Assembly (NCBI GenBank): GCA_003602645.1
Contig: QQSI01000040.1
Location: 4,152 to 68,151, forward strand
Direction of reading: 5' to 3'
From: Candidatus Poseidoniales archaeon
GTDB lineage: Archaea > Thermoplasmatota > Poseidoniia > Poseidoniales > Poseidoniaceae
Length of the DNA: 64,000 nt
Shown here in pieces: positions 55,560 to 64,000 of the stretch. The notes beneath the pieces were generated by a model. It did not search any database. It worked only from the letters and a program-made list of their open reading frames with translations, and was not told the origin of the DNA. Position 1 is the first letter of the stretch, and each line of letters begins with the position of its first letter. Made by a program: the position numbers and the translations under genes.

Positions 55560-57686
55560 ATGATAATAATGGTGGCACTCCCTTCTCTATTGCAGCGATG
55601 TGTTGAACAACTGGCTTGGTTTGGAGACGGTATGAGCGCCGACCATCAGCCGTATATTCCGGCTACTGAATCGCCCAGTGAATTGACACTGCGTGTGATT
55701 GTTGTCGGTATTTTGCTCGGTATTTTGATGACCGCTGCAAATGCCTACCTCGGGCTCTATGCAGGAATGACTGTCTCCGCAAGCATACCCGCTGCCGTCA
55801 TGTCAATGATCATACTACGCGGTATTTTCAACGATGTGAGTATTCTTGAAAACAACGCTGTTCAAACTATGGCAAGCGCAGGAGAGTCGCTAGCGGCTGG
55901 TGTGATTTTTACTGTACCTGCTATGTTGGTGATTGGACTGTGGACTGAAATTCAATGGTTCGATACGCTCATGATCGCCACTCTAGGAGGGCTCTTGGGA
56001 ACGATGTTTACCATCGCCCTTCGACGTCTTTTCATCGTTGAAGAAGCATTACCATATCCGGAAGGTGTAGCATGCCGAGAAGTCTTGGTTGCTGGAGAAG
56101 AAGGTGGCGAAGGAGCATTGGCCATCCTTTACGCTCTAGGAATTGGTGCAATCTATGGACTCATGGTAAAAGGTTTCGAAGTCACTCACCACACGGTTGA
56201 ATCGGCAGTTGGCTTCCTTGGCACACGATTGTATGCTGGAATGGATTTGTCCATTGCTTTGCTGTCAGTCGGTTACATCGTCGGCGTTCGCATTGCTTCG
56301 TTCATTTTCTTGGGAGGTGTCTTGGGGTTCGGACTCCTCGTGCCAATGTACGGGCTCATTCATGGATGGCCGAATTCACCAACGCTCGTCGAAGGGTTTT
56401 ACGACATCTGGGCTGAGCAAATCCGGTATGTTGGAGTCGGTGCGATGGTGGTTGGCGGGGTCTACACCCTTTGGTCAATGAGAAAAACAATCATCACAGG
56501 TCTCTCTAAGGCCTTGATCAAAACAGATGGGGAGGCTGAACAACCCCTTCGTACAGAAATCGATTTGCCTCTAGATAAGGTCATCATGTTTTGTGGGTTC
56601 CTCGTTCTCATGACTTTCCTGTACTATTGGCAAGCAACGGGATCGCTTGGCTTAGCATTCGCAGGGGCACTTTTCCTTGGCGTAGTCGCCTTCTTTTTCG
56701 CTGCAGTTGCAGGTTACATTGCAGGGGTTGTCGGTTCATCCAACTCCCCTGTTTCAGGCATGACCATAGCCACCCTTCTGTTCACCGTAGCGCTTGTGTG
56801 GATTGTTGGGGATTTCATGCTTGGCTTGGGCACTGAGGAACTTATGCTGGCTACGTTGTTAATTGCGGCGGTTGTCGCATCGTCGGCAGCGATCGCTGGG
56901 GACGTGATGCAGGATTTGAAGACCGGCCACATGGTAGGGGCAACTCCTTGGCGGCAACAAGTGGCTGAAATCATTGGTGTGTTAACCGGAGCAGTAGTGA
57001 TTGGACCAACCCTTGCCCTTCTGCACAATGCCTTCCAAATTTCCAAAACCGCATGTGCCAAGACAAATTTGAACCTTGCCGTTGCAGACCAATATGACTG
57101 CAGCAACGCTCTGTTCGCACCACAAGCTGAGTTAATTGGTGCCATCATTCAAGGTGCATTTGGTGGAGAACTTAACCTCCAAATGGTGACGTTGGGAGCC
57201 ATCATCGCCATCGTTTTGATCTATCTAAAAATGCCAGTGATGTCTGTTGCCATTGGAATTTACCTTCCACTGGGCCTTTCAGTTCCGATTATGCTTGGTG
57301 GAATCATATCCTTTTTCGCTTTACGAACGGCGCATTACCGCGTGGACGGACGCCTTGACATGGTCCCTTCGAAAAAGGCGCAACTCGCAGCGAAAGAAGT
57401 TGAAAATCGTGGCGTGCTTATAGGGGCAGGATTCATTGCTGGAGAATCCATCCTCGGAGTGTTCATTGCCGTACTAATTGTGGCCGATATCCGCTTGCCA
57501 GAAATCTTCGGCGTTGTCACCCTCAATGATCTCTTCTCGCTGGTATTCTTTGGATGGTTTGTTGCTGTGTTCATTTGGCTTGCGACCCGAGCCCTTCCAA
57601 AGGGCGGTCATCTGATGAGCGATGCTGTTGTTGTCGCCAGGGATGTTGCCTCGCGATTCAAAGCGGCTTTGTTGCCAGGGAAGTGA
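55560..57686 (+). CDS. OPT-family oligopeptide transporter
   Basis: ~16 TM, N-terminal PYIPATESPSELTLRVIVVGILLGILMTAANAYLGLYAGMTVSASIPAAV typical of OPT superfamily. Confidence 0.85.
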   Translation: MIIMVALPSLLQRCVEQLAWFGDGMSADHQPYIPATESPSELTLRVIVVGILLGILMTAANAYLGLYAGMTVSASIPAAVMSMIILRGIFNDVSILENNAVQTMASAGESLAAGVIFTVPAMLVIGLWTEIQWFDTLMIATLGGLLGTMFTIALRRLFIVEEALPYPEGVACREVLVAGEEGGEGALAILYALGIGAIYGLMVKGFEVTHHTVESAVGFLGTRLYAGMDLSIALLSVGYIVGVRIASFIFLGGVLGFGLLVPMYGLIHGWPNSPTLVEGFYDIWAEQIRYVGVGAMVVGGVYTLWSMRKTIITGLSKALIKTDGEAEQPLRTEIDLPLDKVIMFCGFLVLMTFLYYWQATGSLGLAFAGALFLGVVAFFFAAVAGYIAGVVGSSNSPVSGMTIATLLFTVALVWIVGDFMLGLGTEELMLATLLIAAVVASSAAIAGDVMQDLKTGHMVGATPWRQQVAEIIGVLTGAVVIGPTLALLHNAFQISKTACAKTNLNLAVADQYDCSNALFAPQAELIGAIIQGAFGGELNLQMVTLGAIIAIVLIYLKMPVMSVAIGIYLPLGLSVPIMLGGIISFFALRTAHYRVDGRLDMVPSKKAQLAAKEVENRGVLIGAGFIAGESILGVFIAVLIVADIRLPEIFGVVTLNDLFSLVFFGWFVAVFIWLATRALPKGGHLMSDAVVVARDVASRFKAALLPGK

Positions 57687-57689
57687 TGT

Positions 57690-57749
57690 TGAGGCCTGAG
57701 GTCAACCTTTCCGATGCACAAGCATCAAAGGTCGCCCGTTAAGGCCTCA
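57690..57749 (+). terminator. Nested hairpin element (possible intrinsic terminator/cis-regulatory RNA structure) between OPT and tktA
   Basis: Outer 7-bp stem TGAGGCC(57690-96)/GGCCTCA(57743-49) enclosing a perfect inner hairpin CCTTT-cc-GATGC acaa GCATC AAAGG (57706-57731); begins 4 nt after OPT stop, ends 18 nt before tktA ATG. Confidence 0.3.
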
Positions 57750-57767
57750 GAATGAGCAGGGACTTAC

Positions 57768-58601
57768 ATGTCAACGAGCATCGAAGAAATTGAAGAGATT
57801 GCACGAAAGTGCAGGGTAGAGATTGTGAAGATGGTCTATCGTGCTCAAGCAGGGCACCCTGGCGGCTCGTTATCTGAAATTGATCTGCTCGCGGCGTTGT
57901 ATGCCACCCGTATGCGCGTTCGACCTGATGAACCAAAGTGGAACGATCGAGACCGATTCATTTTGTCCAAAGGTCACGCCTCACCCGGTATGTATGCCAT
58001 CCTAGCAGAGATGGGGTTCATCAGCCATGAAGATTTGAAATCATACAGGGTTCTTGGTGGCGTCTGCCAGGGCCACGTTGACATGAAGTGGTGTCCAGGG
58101 GTTGATTTCTCCGCCGGATCCCTTGGCATGGGCCTTTCGTTTGGAATGGGTTGTGCTCTTGCGGCTCGACTTGACAACAGCGACCGAAGATCGTTTGTCA
58201 TGATTGGAGACGGTGAAATGCAAGAAGGAAGCGTTTGGGAAGCTGCGATGGCTGCTGCCCATCATGAATTGGGTAATCTCAAGGTGATCCTTGATCGAAA
58301 TCGCATACAAAACGATGATTTTTGTGAGGAACAAATGCGCATGTTCGACATACCTGCAAAGTGGAAGGCTTTCGGCTGGAACGTCAAAGAAATTGACGGA
58401 CATAACATGCAAGAAGTCATGGAAGGACTGGACTTTCTCGAGGCAGAGGAAAATTGCAACGGACCTTCAATCCTGATTGCCCACACCATCAAGGGCGGTG
58501 GAATCTCCTACATGGAAAACAACCCTTCGTTCCACGGAGCAGCCCCCAACGAGGAACAGTACAATCAAGCCATGATCGAACTCGGGGAGGTGAAAGCATG
58601 A
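57768..58601 (+). CDS. tktA: Transketolase, N-terminal (TPP-binding) subunit
   Basis: QAGHPGGSLSEIDLLAALY, GDGEMQEGSVWEA (TPP-binding GDG motif); split-type transketolase. Confidence 0.9.
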   Translation: MSTSIEEIEEIARKCRVEIVKMVYRAQAGHPGGSLSEIDLLAALYATRMRVRPDEPKWNDRDRFILSKGHASPGMYAILAEMGFISHEDLKSYRVLGGVCQGHVDMKWCPGVDFSAGSLGMGLSFGMGCALAARLDNSDRRSFVMIGDGEMQEGSVWEAAMAAAHHELGNLKVILDRNRIQNDDFCEEQMRMFDIPAKWKAFGWNVKEIDGHNMQEVMEGLDFLEAEENCNGPSILIAHTIKGGGISYMENNPSFHGAAPNEEQYNQAMIELGEVKA

Positions 58602-59533
58602 CCCGAATGGCTGCGACACGCGATGGTTACGGCCAAGCATTGCTCGACCTTGCAGGCAACCCTAAAGTTGTGGTCCTTGAAGCTGATTTAGGAAAGTCAA
58701 CCAAGTCCCTTCACTTCCGAAAAGCACATCCTGAACGAACAGTTTCTTGTGGAATTGGAGAACAAAACATGCTGCTTGTTGGCGCAGGTTTGGCTTCCGC
58801 AGGTTACATTCCATTCGCCAGCACCTTCGCTATCTTCACTGAACGTGCTTTCGAGCAAATGCGGAACGGAGTGGCTCGTCCCAACCTGCCAGTCCACCTT
58901 TGTGGTAGCCACGGCGGTACGCACACTGGCACAGACGGATCCTCCGCACAATCCATTGAAGATCTCGCAGTGTTCCGAACCCTCCCAAACGTTGTGGTGA
59001 TGCATCCCTGTGATGATGTGAGCACACGAGCACTTACTATGCAATTGCCCGCACTTGGAAAACCATCCTACATGCGCACTGCGCGCAACAAAACTCCGGT
59101 GCTCTACGACGGAAGAGAAGCGGAGATTCAAATTGGTAAAGGCGTCGTTTTGGAAGAAGGGACCGATGTGGCCATCATCGCTTGCGGTGTCTTAGTGTCT
59201 GAAGCGCTAAAAGCAGCGGACCAGCTGAAGCAAGAAGGCGTCTCTGCGTGTGTTGTTGACATGCACACCCTCAAGCCTCTGGATGGTGCTTTGATTGACA
59301 GGCTTGTCGAACAGTGTGGTGCACTCGTCACTGCTGAAGATCACAACATCATTGGTGGACTTGGTGGCGCTGTTGCAGAACACCTCGTTTCAAACACCTT
59401 TGCTCCGTTGGAACGGGTGGGCGTCCCTGACCGGTTTGGTGAATCTGGACAAGCTGATGAGATGTTGGAATTGATGCAAATATCTGCTCCACACATTGCT
59501 AAAGCAGCACAGAGAGCGCTCACTCGAAAGTGA
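58598..59533 (+). CDS. tktB: Transketolase, C-terminal (pyrimidine-binding) subunit
   Basis: MTRMAATRDGYGQALLDLAGNPKVVVLEADL start at ATG 58598 (GGGGAGG upstream; ATGA overlap with tktA stop); FASTFAIF, C-terminal domain. Confidence 0.9.
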   Translation: MTRMAATRDGYGQALLDLAGNPKVVVLEADLGKSTKSLHFRKAHPERTVSCGIGEQNMLLVGAGLASAGYIPFASTFAIFTERAFEQMRNGVARPNLPVHLCGSHGGTHTGTDGSSAQSIEDLAVFRTLPNVVVMHPCDDVSTRALTMQLPALGKPSYMRTARNKTPVLYDGREAEIQIGKGVVLEEGTDVAIIACGVLVSEALKAADQLKQEGVSACVVDMHTLKPLDGALIDRLVEQCGALVTAEDHNIIGGLGGAVAEHLVSNTFAPLERVGVPDRFGESGQADEMLELMQISAPHIAKAAQRALTRK

Positions 59534-59569
59534 GCCAAGAACCATTAGCGTCATCGTTCACCAATAACC

Positions 59570-59932
59570 ATGCCCGAAACGGACCGACTGGCCCAAACAA
59601 ATCGTGTTCTGGAATCATTCATCCAAGAACGGGATTGGGAACAATTTCACACCGTCAAAAACATCATTGCCTCCATTGGGATTGAAGCGGCTGAATTGGC
59701 CGAAACTGTCCAATGGTCGAATCCCTCGGTTGATGATGCCAAGAAGGATCCAAAACTAATGGAAAATTTGTCTCATGAATTGGCCGATGTAATGCTGTAT
59801 TGTCTCCGATTGTGCAGCATCTTGGGACTCGACCCAATTGATTTGATGAATAAAAAAATCATCCTCAATGGAGAAAAATACCCTGCGGATTTAGTCCGTG
59901 GTTCCTCTGCAAAATACACAGATTATGTATGA
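59570..59932 (+). CDS. MazG-like nucleotide pyrophosphohydrolase
   Basis: EAAELAETVQW...ENLSHELADVMLYCLRLCSILGLDPIDLMNKKIILNGEKYP matches the all-alpha NTP-PPase (MazG-like) fold motifs (EExxE, ELAD). Confidence 0.75.
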   Translation: MPETDRLAQTNRVLESFIQERDWEQFHTVKNIIASIGIEAAELAETVQWSNPSVDDAKKDPKLMENLSHELADVMLYCLRLCSILGLDPIDLMNKKIILNGEKYPADLVRGSSAKYTDYV

Positions 59933-59988
59933 AATCTTTTGAAGGCTGAGGCGCATACTTGATGGAGTGGGTCCGATAACCAATCTTC

Positions 59989-60651
59989 ATGGAGTTCTTT
60001 TTGGACACAGCCGACGTAGATGAAATTCGTGAAATAGCAGCTTGGGGCATCTTAGATGGTGTGACCACAAACCCTTCATTGATCAAAAAGAGCGGTCGCG
60101 ATTTTAAACAAGTCGTTGCAGAAATCGCTTCCATTTGTGATGGCCCAATTTCAGCAGAGGTCACGGCAATGGACACCGAGGGGATGGTGGCTCAAGGCAT
60201 GGCTCTCAAGAATGAACTTCCAGAAAATGTCATCATCAAGATTCCATGCACTCCAGAAGGATTGGCTGCGACTAAAATTCTCACAGAAGCAAACATCAAA
60301 ACAAACGTCACGTTGATTTTTTCTGCGTCCCAAGCGTTGATGGCCGCAAAAGCAGGAGCAACCTATGTCTCCCCATTCATTGGTCGAATCGACGATACAG
60401 GCCATGATGGAATGAACCTTATTGCGGAAATTATGGAAACCTGGAACAATTATCCAACGATCACCACCAAAGTTCTTGCAGCATCCATTCGACACCCCAC
60501 ACATGTGCTTCAGTGCATTCAATTGGGCGCTCATACCGCAACAATGCCAGCAAAGACATTCCGTCAACTCATGACCCATCCATTAACGGACAAAGGACTT
60601 GAAGGATTCATGCGGGATTGGGCCGAAGTCGAAAAGGCTGGAAACGCGTGA
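59989..60651 (+). CDS. tal: Transaldolase (short TalC/fructose-6-phosphate aldolase-type)
   Basis: [15 protein letters not shown]...GVTTNPSLI...[15 protein letters not shown]...NVTLIFS...[11 protein letters not shown] incl. Schiff-base Lys region. Confidence 0.9.
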   Translation: MEFFLDTADVDEIREIAAWGILDGVTTNPSLIKKSGRDFKQVVAEIASICDGPISAEVTAMDTEGMVAQGMALKNELPENVIIKIPCTPEGLAATKILTEANIKTNVTLIFSASQALMAAKAGATYVSPFIGRIDDTGHDGMNLIAEIMETWNNYPTITTKVLAASIRHPTHVLQCIQLGAHTATMPAKTFRQLMTHPLTDKGLEGFMRDWAEVEKAGNA

Positions 60652-60731
60652 AGCCGAGCAAATCAAACCGCTATTGGAAAAGGAGGATTCTTGAATGAAG
60701 TCCTCCCCGCTTGTTGTATAGGGGGTACACC

Positions 60732-61307
60732 ATGAGTTCATCGAGAGACCGGCTACAGCAGTTGTTGGATGGTGACCTTTCACCAGAGGACATCGCTGAT
60801 GACCCAGCGCTCGTTAGCCTTGCAGATCGTCTCTACGGAATCAAAATTGCACCTGCTCGCCCTAAAAAGGCGAGGGACATGGTCGACAACCCTGTCTCCG
60901 AAGTGACAGAAGTGGCACCGCCAACTGACATGTTGATCGAGGTCATTGGCGACATTGCCATCGCAGAACCACTCCCTGAGCTCCCATTGGGTGACCTTCC
61001 CGCGATTGCTCCAATTCCTGGAGCCAAAGGGAAAATGAATCCTCTTGTCTATGCTCTAGGGGCAGGTCTTGCATTTGTTGTTGCGAACCTCTTTGGTCTG
61101 TTCCAATCAGTTCTTGGAAACAACTGTCAAGCAAGTGATCTTTGCCCGGCCGACGGTTACACAAGAATGAATTTACTCGATCTTCACAACCTTGACACTG
61201 GTATGGGGTGGTCCCTTCCGTTGCAGGAAGGAGCCTATGGCATCCCGGACCTGGTCGCAGTGCTCGTGCTCACAATTGGCATTGTTGTGCTCATGCGCAG
61301 ATCGTGA
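60732..61307 (+). CDS. Hypothetical membrane protein (2 predicted TM)
   Basis: ATG 60732; Pro/Leu-rich middle, TM NPLVYALGAGLAFVVANLFGLF and LVAVLVLTIGIVVLM; no known domain. Confidence 0.4.
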   Translation: MSSSRDRLQQLLDGDLSPEDIADDPALVSLADRLYGIKIAPARPKKARDMVDNPVSEVTEVAPPTDMLIEVIGDIAIAEPLPELPLGDLPAIAPIPGAKGKMNPLVYALGAGLAFVVANLFGLFQSVLGNNCQASDLCPADGYTRMNLLDLHNLDTGMGWSLPLQEGAYGIPDLVAVLVLTIGIVVLMRRS

Positions 61308-61312
61308 TTTCA

Positions 61313-61588
61313 ATGATGTTAGAAACACCAACAGAGGTCCTTTCTTACATAGGAATGATGGCAATCCTTGCAGCATTTGTTCTTGAAACTCGCAATGTGC
61401 TTCACAGCAAACAGACCAGCTATCTGGCCCTCATGGCTGTTGGTTCGGCCCTTCTTGGCATCCGAGCTTTGTTGATCGAAGAATGGGCCTTTTTGATCCT
61501 GGAAGCGGCATGGTGTTTTGCGGCGGTGTGGGCCTACATTCAAACTCGACAACCCCAAACATCGACCAAGGAACAAGCGTCATCTTGA
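61313..61588 (+). CDS. Small (91-aa) three-TM membrane protein, hypothetical
   Basis: ATG 61313 6 nt after previous stop; three hydrophobic helices; its TGA overlaps the proS ATG (TGATG). Confidence 0.4.
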   Translation: MMLETPTEVLSYIGMMAILAAFVLETRNVLHSKQTSYLALMAVGSALLGIRALLIEEWAFLILEAAWCFAAVWAYIQTRQPQTSTKEQASS

Positions 61589-63144
61589 TGAGCAAGAGAT
61601 GGCCGAAGGGAACCATGAGCCAAGGACCGGGTAAGGCCAAACGTGGCATTCCTTCGAAAGAAGAGAACTTCAACGAATGGTACCCTTTTATTGTTGAAGC
61701 AGCAGAATTGGTTGACAAACGTTACCCAATCAAGGGCATGGATGTATGGCGTCCATATGGTTGGAAAACGATGAAGCTCATCGACGCTCTGACGCATCGG
61801 GAGATGGAGCGAACTGACCATGAAGAAGTCAATTTCCCACTCCTCATCCCAGAGAATCTCCTTGACCGTGAAAACGCTCTTGTTGCACGGCTGAAGCGTG
61901 CAAGGGAAGAAGGCGTAGACCCTGATGACCTCCGCGATGAAGAGGAAGAAGGCGGCTTCAAAAAAGAGGTCTATTGGGTTAAACACGCTGGTGAAAATGA
62001 ACTTGACATTCCGATGTTCTTGAGGCCAACATCTGAAACGGCGATGTACACAATGTTCCCACTTTGGATTCGATCACACAAGGATTTACCCTTGAAGGTG
62101 TATCAAATGGTCAACACTTTCCGATATGAAACAAAACAGACGAGGTCGTTTATTCGGGTGAGGGAGATTCACTTTTTCGAAGCACACACTGCCCACGCTG
62201 ACGAAGCTGACGCAACTCGGCAAATCGAACAGGATTTGGAAATCGTTGACACAATCATGCACGACCTTTGCCTCCCAGTGATCAAGGCAAAACGTCCCCT
62301 TTGGGATACATTCCCTGGCGCATGGTACACCATTGGTATCGATGCAGTAATGCCAAACGGACGAACGCTCCAAGTGGCTTCATGCCACCATTATCAAGAC
62401 CAGTGGGCCAAGGCTTTCGATCTCACCTATGAAAACCTCGATGCACAACAACAACATTGCCATCAAACAACCTACGGCATGTCGGAACGATTGTTGGGTG
62501 CAGTGGTAGGTATGCATGGAGATGAAAATGGACTCATCATGCCACCCGCTGTTGCACCATTCCAAGTGGTCGTCTGTCCGATGATCAAGAAGAATTCAGA
62601 TGTCGACACCGTGGCGGCAGCCGAAGAATTAGCAGCGAAGTTGCGCCGTCATGGTTTGCGTGTCAAGGTTGATTCCCGTGACATTCGTGCAGGTCAGAAG
62701 TACTACGATTGGGAAATCAAAGGCGTGCCCCTCCGCCTCGACTTAGGCCCCCGGGATCTCGCTCAAGGAACAGCCTATGCAGCCCGTCGAACAGGAGGCA
62801 AAGAACCAATTCCCCTCGATGGAATTGAAGAGACATGCCTTTCAATCCTCGAGGAAATATCAGAGGAATTGCGTCGTCGGTCCCATGCCCACATGAACGA
62901 TGTTGTCCAACCATTGCCCCCAATCAATTTGATTGATGAGACGTACGTTCTCGAAGGTGATGTTAAAGACGGCCACATTTACGAGTTACCTTTTGATGGA
63001 ACAGACGCTCATGCAGAAACAATTGAACGATTAACCGGCTTCGCATTCTTAGGGGATTCAACCGATGAATACGAATCAGACCGGCCTTGTCACATGAGTG
63101 GAACACCGACACGCCGCCGAGTTCTCTTAGCCAAAACCTACTGA
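61588..63144 (+). CDS. proS: Prolyl-tRNA synthetase, archaeal/eukaryotic type
   Basis: EENFNEWYPFIVEAAELVDKRYPIKGMDVWRPYGW, class-II motifs (FRYE, GxGxGxxR-type), C-terminal zinc-binding archaeal ProRS domain; contains an acidic insertion (DPDDLRDEEEEGGFKKE). Confidence 0.9.
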   Translation: MSKRWPKGTMSQGPGKAKRGIPSKEENFNEWYPFIVEAAELVDKRYPIKGMDVWRPYGWKTMKLIDALTHREMERTDHEEVNFPLLIPENLLDRENALVARLKRAREEGVDPDDLRDEEEEGGFKKEVYWVKHAGENELDIPMFLRPTSETAMYTMFPLWIRSHKDLPLKVYQMVNTFRYETKQTRSFIRVREIHFFEAHTAHADEADATRQIEQDLEIVDTIMHDLCLPVIKAKRPLWDTFPGAWYTIGIDAVMPNGRTLQVASCHHYQDQWAKAFDLTYENLDAQQQHCHQTTYGMSERLLGAVVGMHGDENGLIMPPAVAPFQVVVCPMIKKNSDVDTVAAAEELAAKLRRHGLRVKVDSRDIRAGQKYYDWEIKGVPLRLDLGPRDLAQGTAYAARRTGGKEPIPLDGIEETCLSILEEISEELRRRSHAHMNDVVQPLPPINLIDETYVLEGDVKDGHIYELPFDGTDAHAETIERLTGFAFLGDSTDEYESDRPCHMSGTPTRRRVLLAKTY

Positions 63145-63203
63145 CGAAGCATCGAGGTTAGGGGTTGGTTCAACGCTCTTGTCAGTGGTGTATGATGTTG
63201 AAA

Positions 63204-64000
63204 TCATTCAGTCCATGTACCATGGAAATCTTCAGCATTGTCAACCCTGATGAAAAGGTCAAGAGAACTCCACACGAGGCTGTTAAAACCGCTTTCCATG
63301 CCTTCTTGACCGCCAGCTTTGGCCGTCATAAATTCAAATGTATCGGATGGAGAATGCCATTCTTGCCAGAAGGAGATGTCACCACCGGGGCTGAAAAAAT
63401 TGAATGTCGGATATCCTTCAGAGAAGAACGAACAATGATCAGAGGCACATGATTCTGCAATTTGCCAAGTGATTGGGTTCGCTTCGGTTGGCTGGTATGA
63501 TAAATCATCATCAATCGTGGTTCCAACCCAGTCATACATTCGTTCCATATTGGATTGACTTGCACCAGCGATACTAATGGTCCAATCGTATTTTGTGGCC
63601 GAAAAGATCTCTCCACCTGGGCCAATAAGAGGCTCCGCCAAAGGTACAATCGGATAGTTGAGGGAGACCATATCGAAGTTCATGTAGGCGCGGACTGATA
63701 CATTTTCTGGAAGGTGCTCCACGTAAGCAAGCGACCCGAGGAGACCTTCTTCTTCGCACGCCCATAGGGCTGCCACCACAGTATGATCAAATTCCATTTG
63801 TGCAAGGGCTTGGGCCATCTCCAATGAAACAGTCGAACCTGATGTGTCGTCGTTTGCTCCTTCGTTGGTACCGCCACCTGGTGGGGTGAACATGTACGCA
63901 ATGTCGAAATGTCCTCCAATCACAATGTATTCATCAGGTGTGACTCGGCCCCAATTGTAACCAACAACGTTGAGTTGATCGGGATCATCATCATAGCGAG
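63204..64000 (-). CDS. M28-family zinc aminopeptidase (N-terminal part truncated by window edge)
   Basis: IVIGGHFD, GANDDTSGSTVSLEMAQAL, EEEGLLGSLAYVE metal-binding motifs of M28; reading frame stays open to base 64000 upstream of the track start. Confidence 0.8.
   Translation of the reverse strand, partial: RYDDDPDQLNVVGYNWGRVTPDEYIVIGGHFDIAYMFTPPGGGTNEGANDDTSGSTVSLEMAQALAQMEFDHTVVAALWACEEEGLLGSLAYVEHLPENVSVRAYMNFDMVSLNYPIVPLAEPLIGPGGEIFSATKYDWTISIAGASQSNMERMYDWVGTTIDDDLSYQPTEANPITWQIAESCASDHCSFFSEGYPTFNFFSPGGDISFWQEWHSPSDTFEFMTAKAGGQEGMESGFNSLVWSSLDLFIRVDNAEDFHGTWTE

Noticed and set aside
56714-57148. 144-aa minus-strand ORF inside the OPT transporter gene
   Set aside because: Antisense shadow of a multi-TM transporter gene; Ala-rich composition mirrors hydrophobic codons on the other strand.
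58697-59131. 144-aa minus-strand ORF inside tktB
   Set aside because: Antisense to transketolase C-terminal subunit, no start context, no domain.
61483-61587. 35-codon N-terminal extension of proS given by the ORF track (alt start 61483)
   Set aside because: It would overlap the upstream small membrane protein gene; an ATG at 61588 in a TGATG overlap yields a canonical archaeal ProRS N-terminus.
1-64000. CRISPR arrays, rRNA genes, IS elements/transposases, integrases, toxin-antitoxin pairs
   Set aside because: Scanned by eye for regularly spaced direct repeats, rRNA-like conserved tracts and DDE/tyrosine-recombinase motifs; none seen. Only low-complexity coding repeats (poly-acidic, Gln/Ala-rich) are present.

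Overview
This 64 kb window looks like a core-chromosome segment of an archaeon (~48% GC), not an obvious mobile island. The archaeal assignment rests on hallmark genes: ribosomal proteins S19e/L39e/L31e/S17e flanking a PDCD5-like DNA-binding protein, proteasome-activating nucleotidase PAN, MBF1, Tsr3, Kae1, archaeal-type ProRS, DNA primase PriS, split transketolase, and split methylmalonyl-CoA mutase with its epimerase. Very large signal-peptide/TM-anchored surface proteins, poly-acidic proteins, an OPT peptide transporter, an M28 peptidase and a complete but scattered histidine-utilisation pathway suggest a peptide-degrading marine euryarchaeon (Marine Group II / Thermoplasmatota-like). That lineage call is an inference. 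Coding density is high, and many genes overlap by ATGA/TGATG or lie 2-12 nt apart in operons. The ORF track uses alternative start codons; I re-set several starts to the first plausible ATG, or to GTG/TTG where stated. Two genes absent from the track were recovered by eye: rpl39e (7569..7724) and a 53-aa zinc-ribbon protein (22963..23124). One tRNA-Val(GAC) is present. No rRNA, CRISPR array, transposase or integrase was seen. The findings most worth a second look are a half-size deoxyhypusine-hydroxylase-like HEAT protein (His-Glu motifs) sitting between futalosine-pathway genes, a QueC-MsrB fusion inside a folE-queE-queC-queD preQ0 cluster, and a PqqD/RRE-like protein downstream of a giant surface-protein operon. 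Also notable are an EF-hand/zinc-ribbon/poly-acidic membrane protein next to the tRNA, a hut pathway with FtcD split into two genes, and a nested-hairpin RNA element between the OPT and tkt genes. I did not find a clear-cut novel multi-gene system such as a defence island; the candidates above are single-gene or small-operon oddities.
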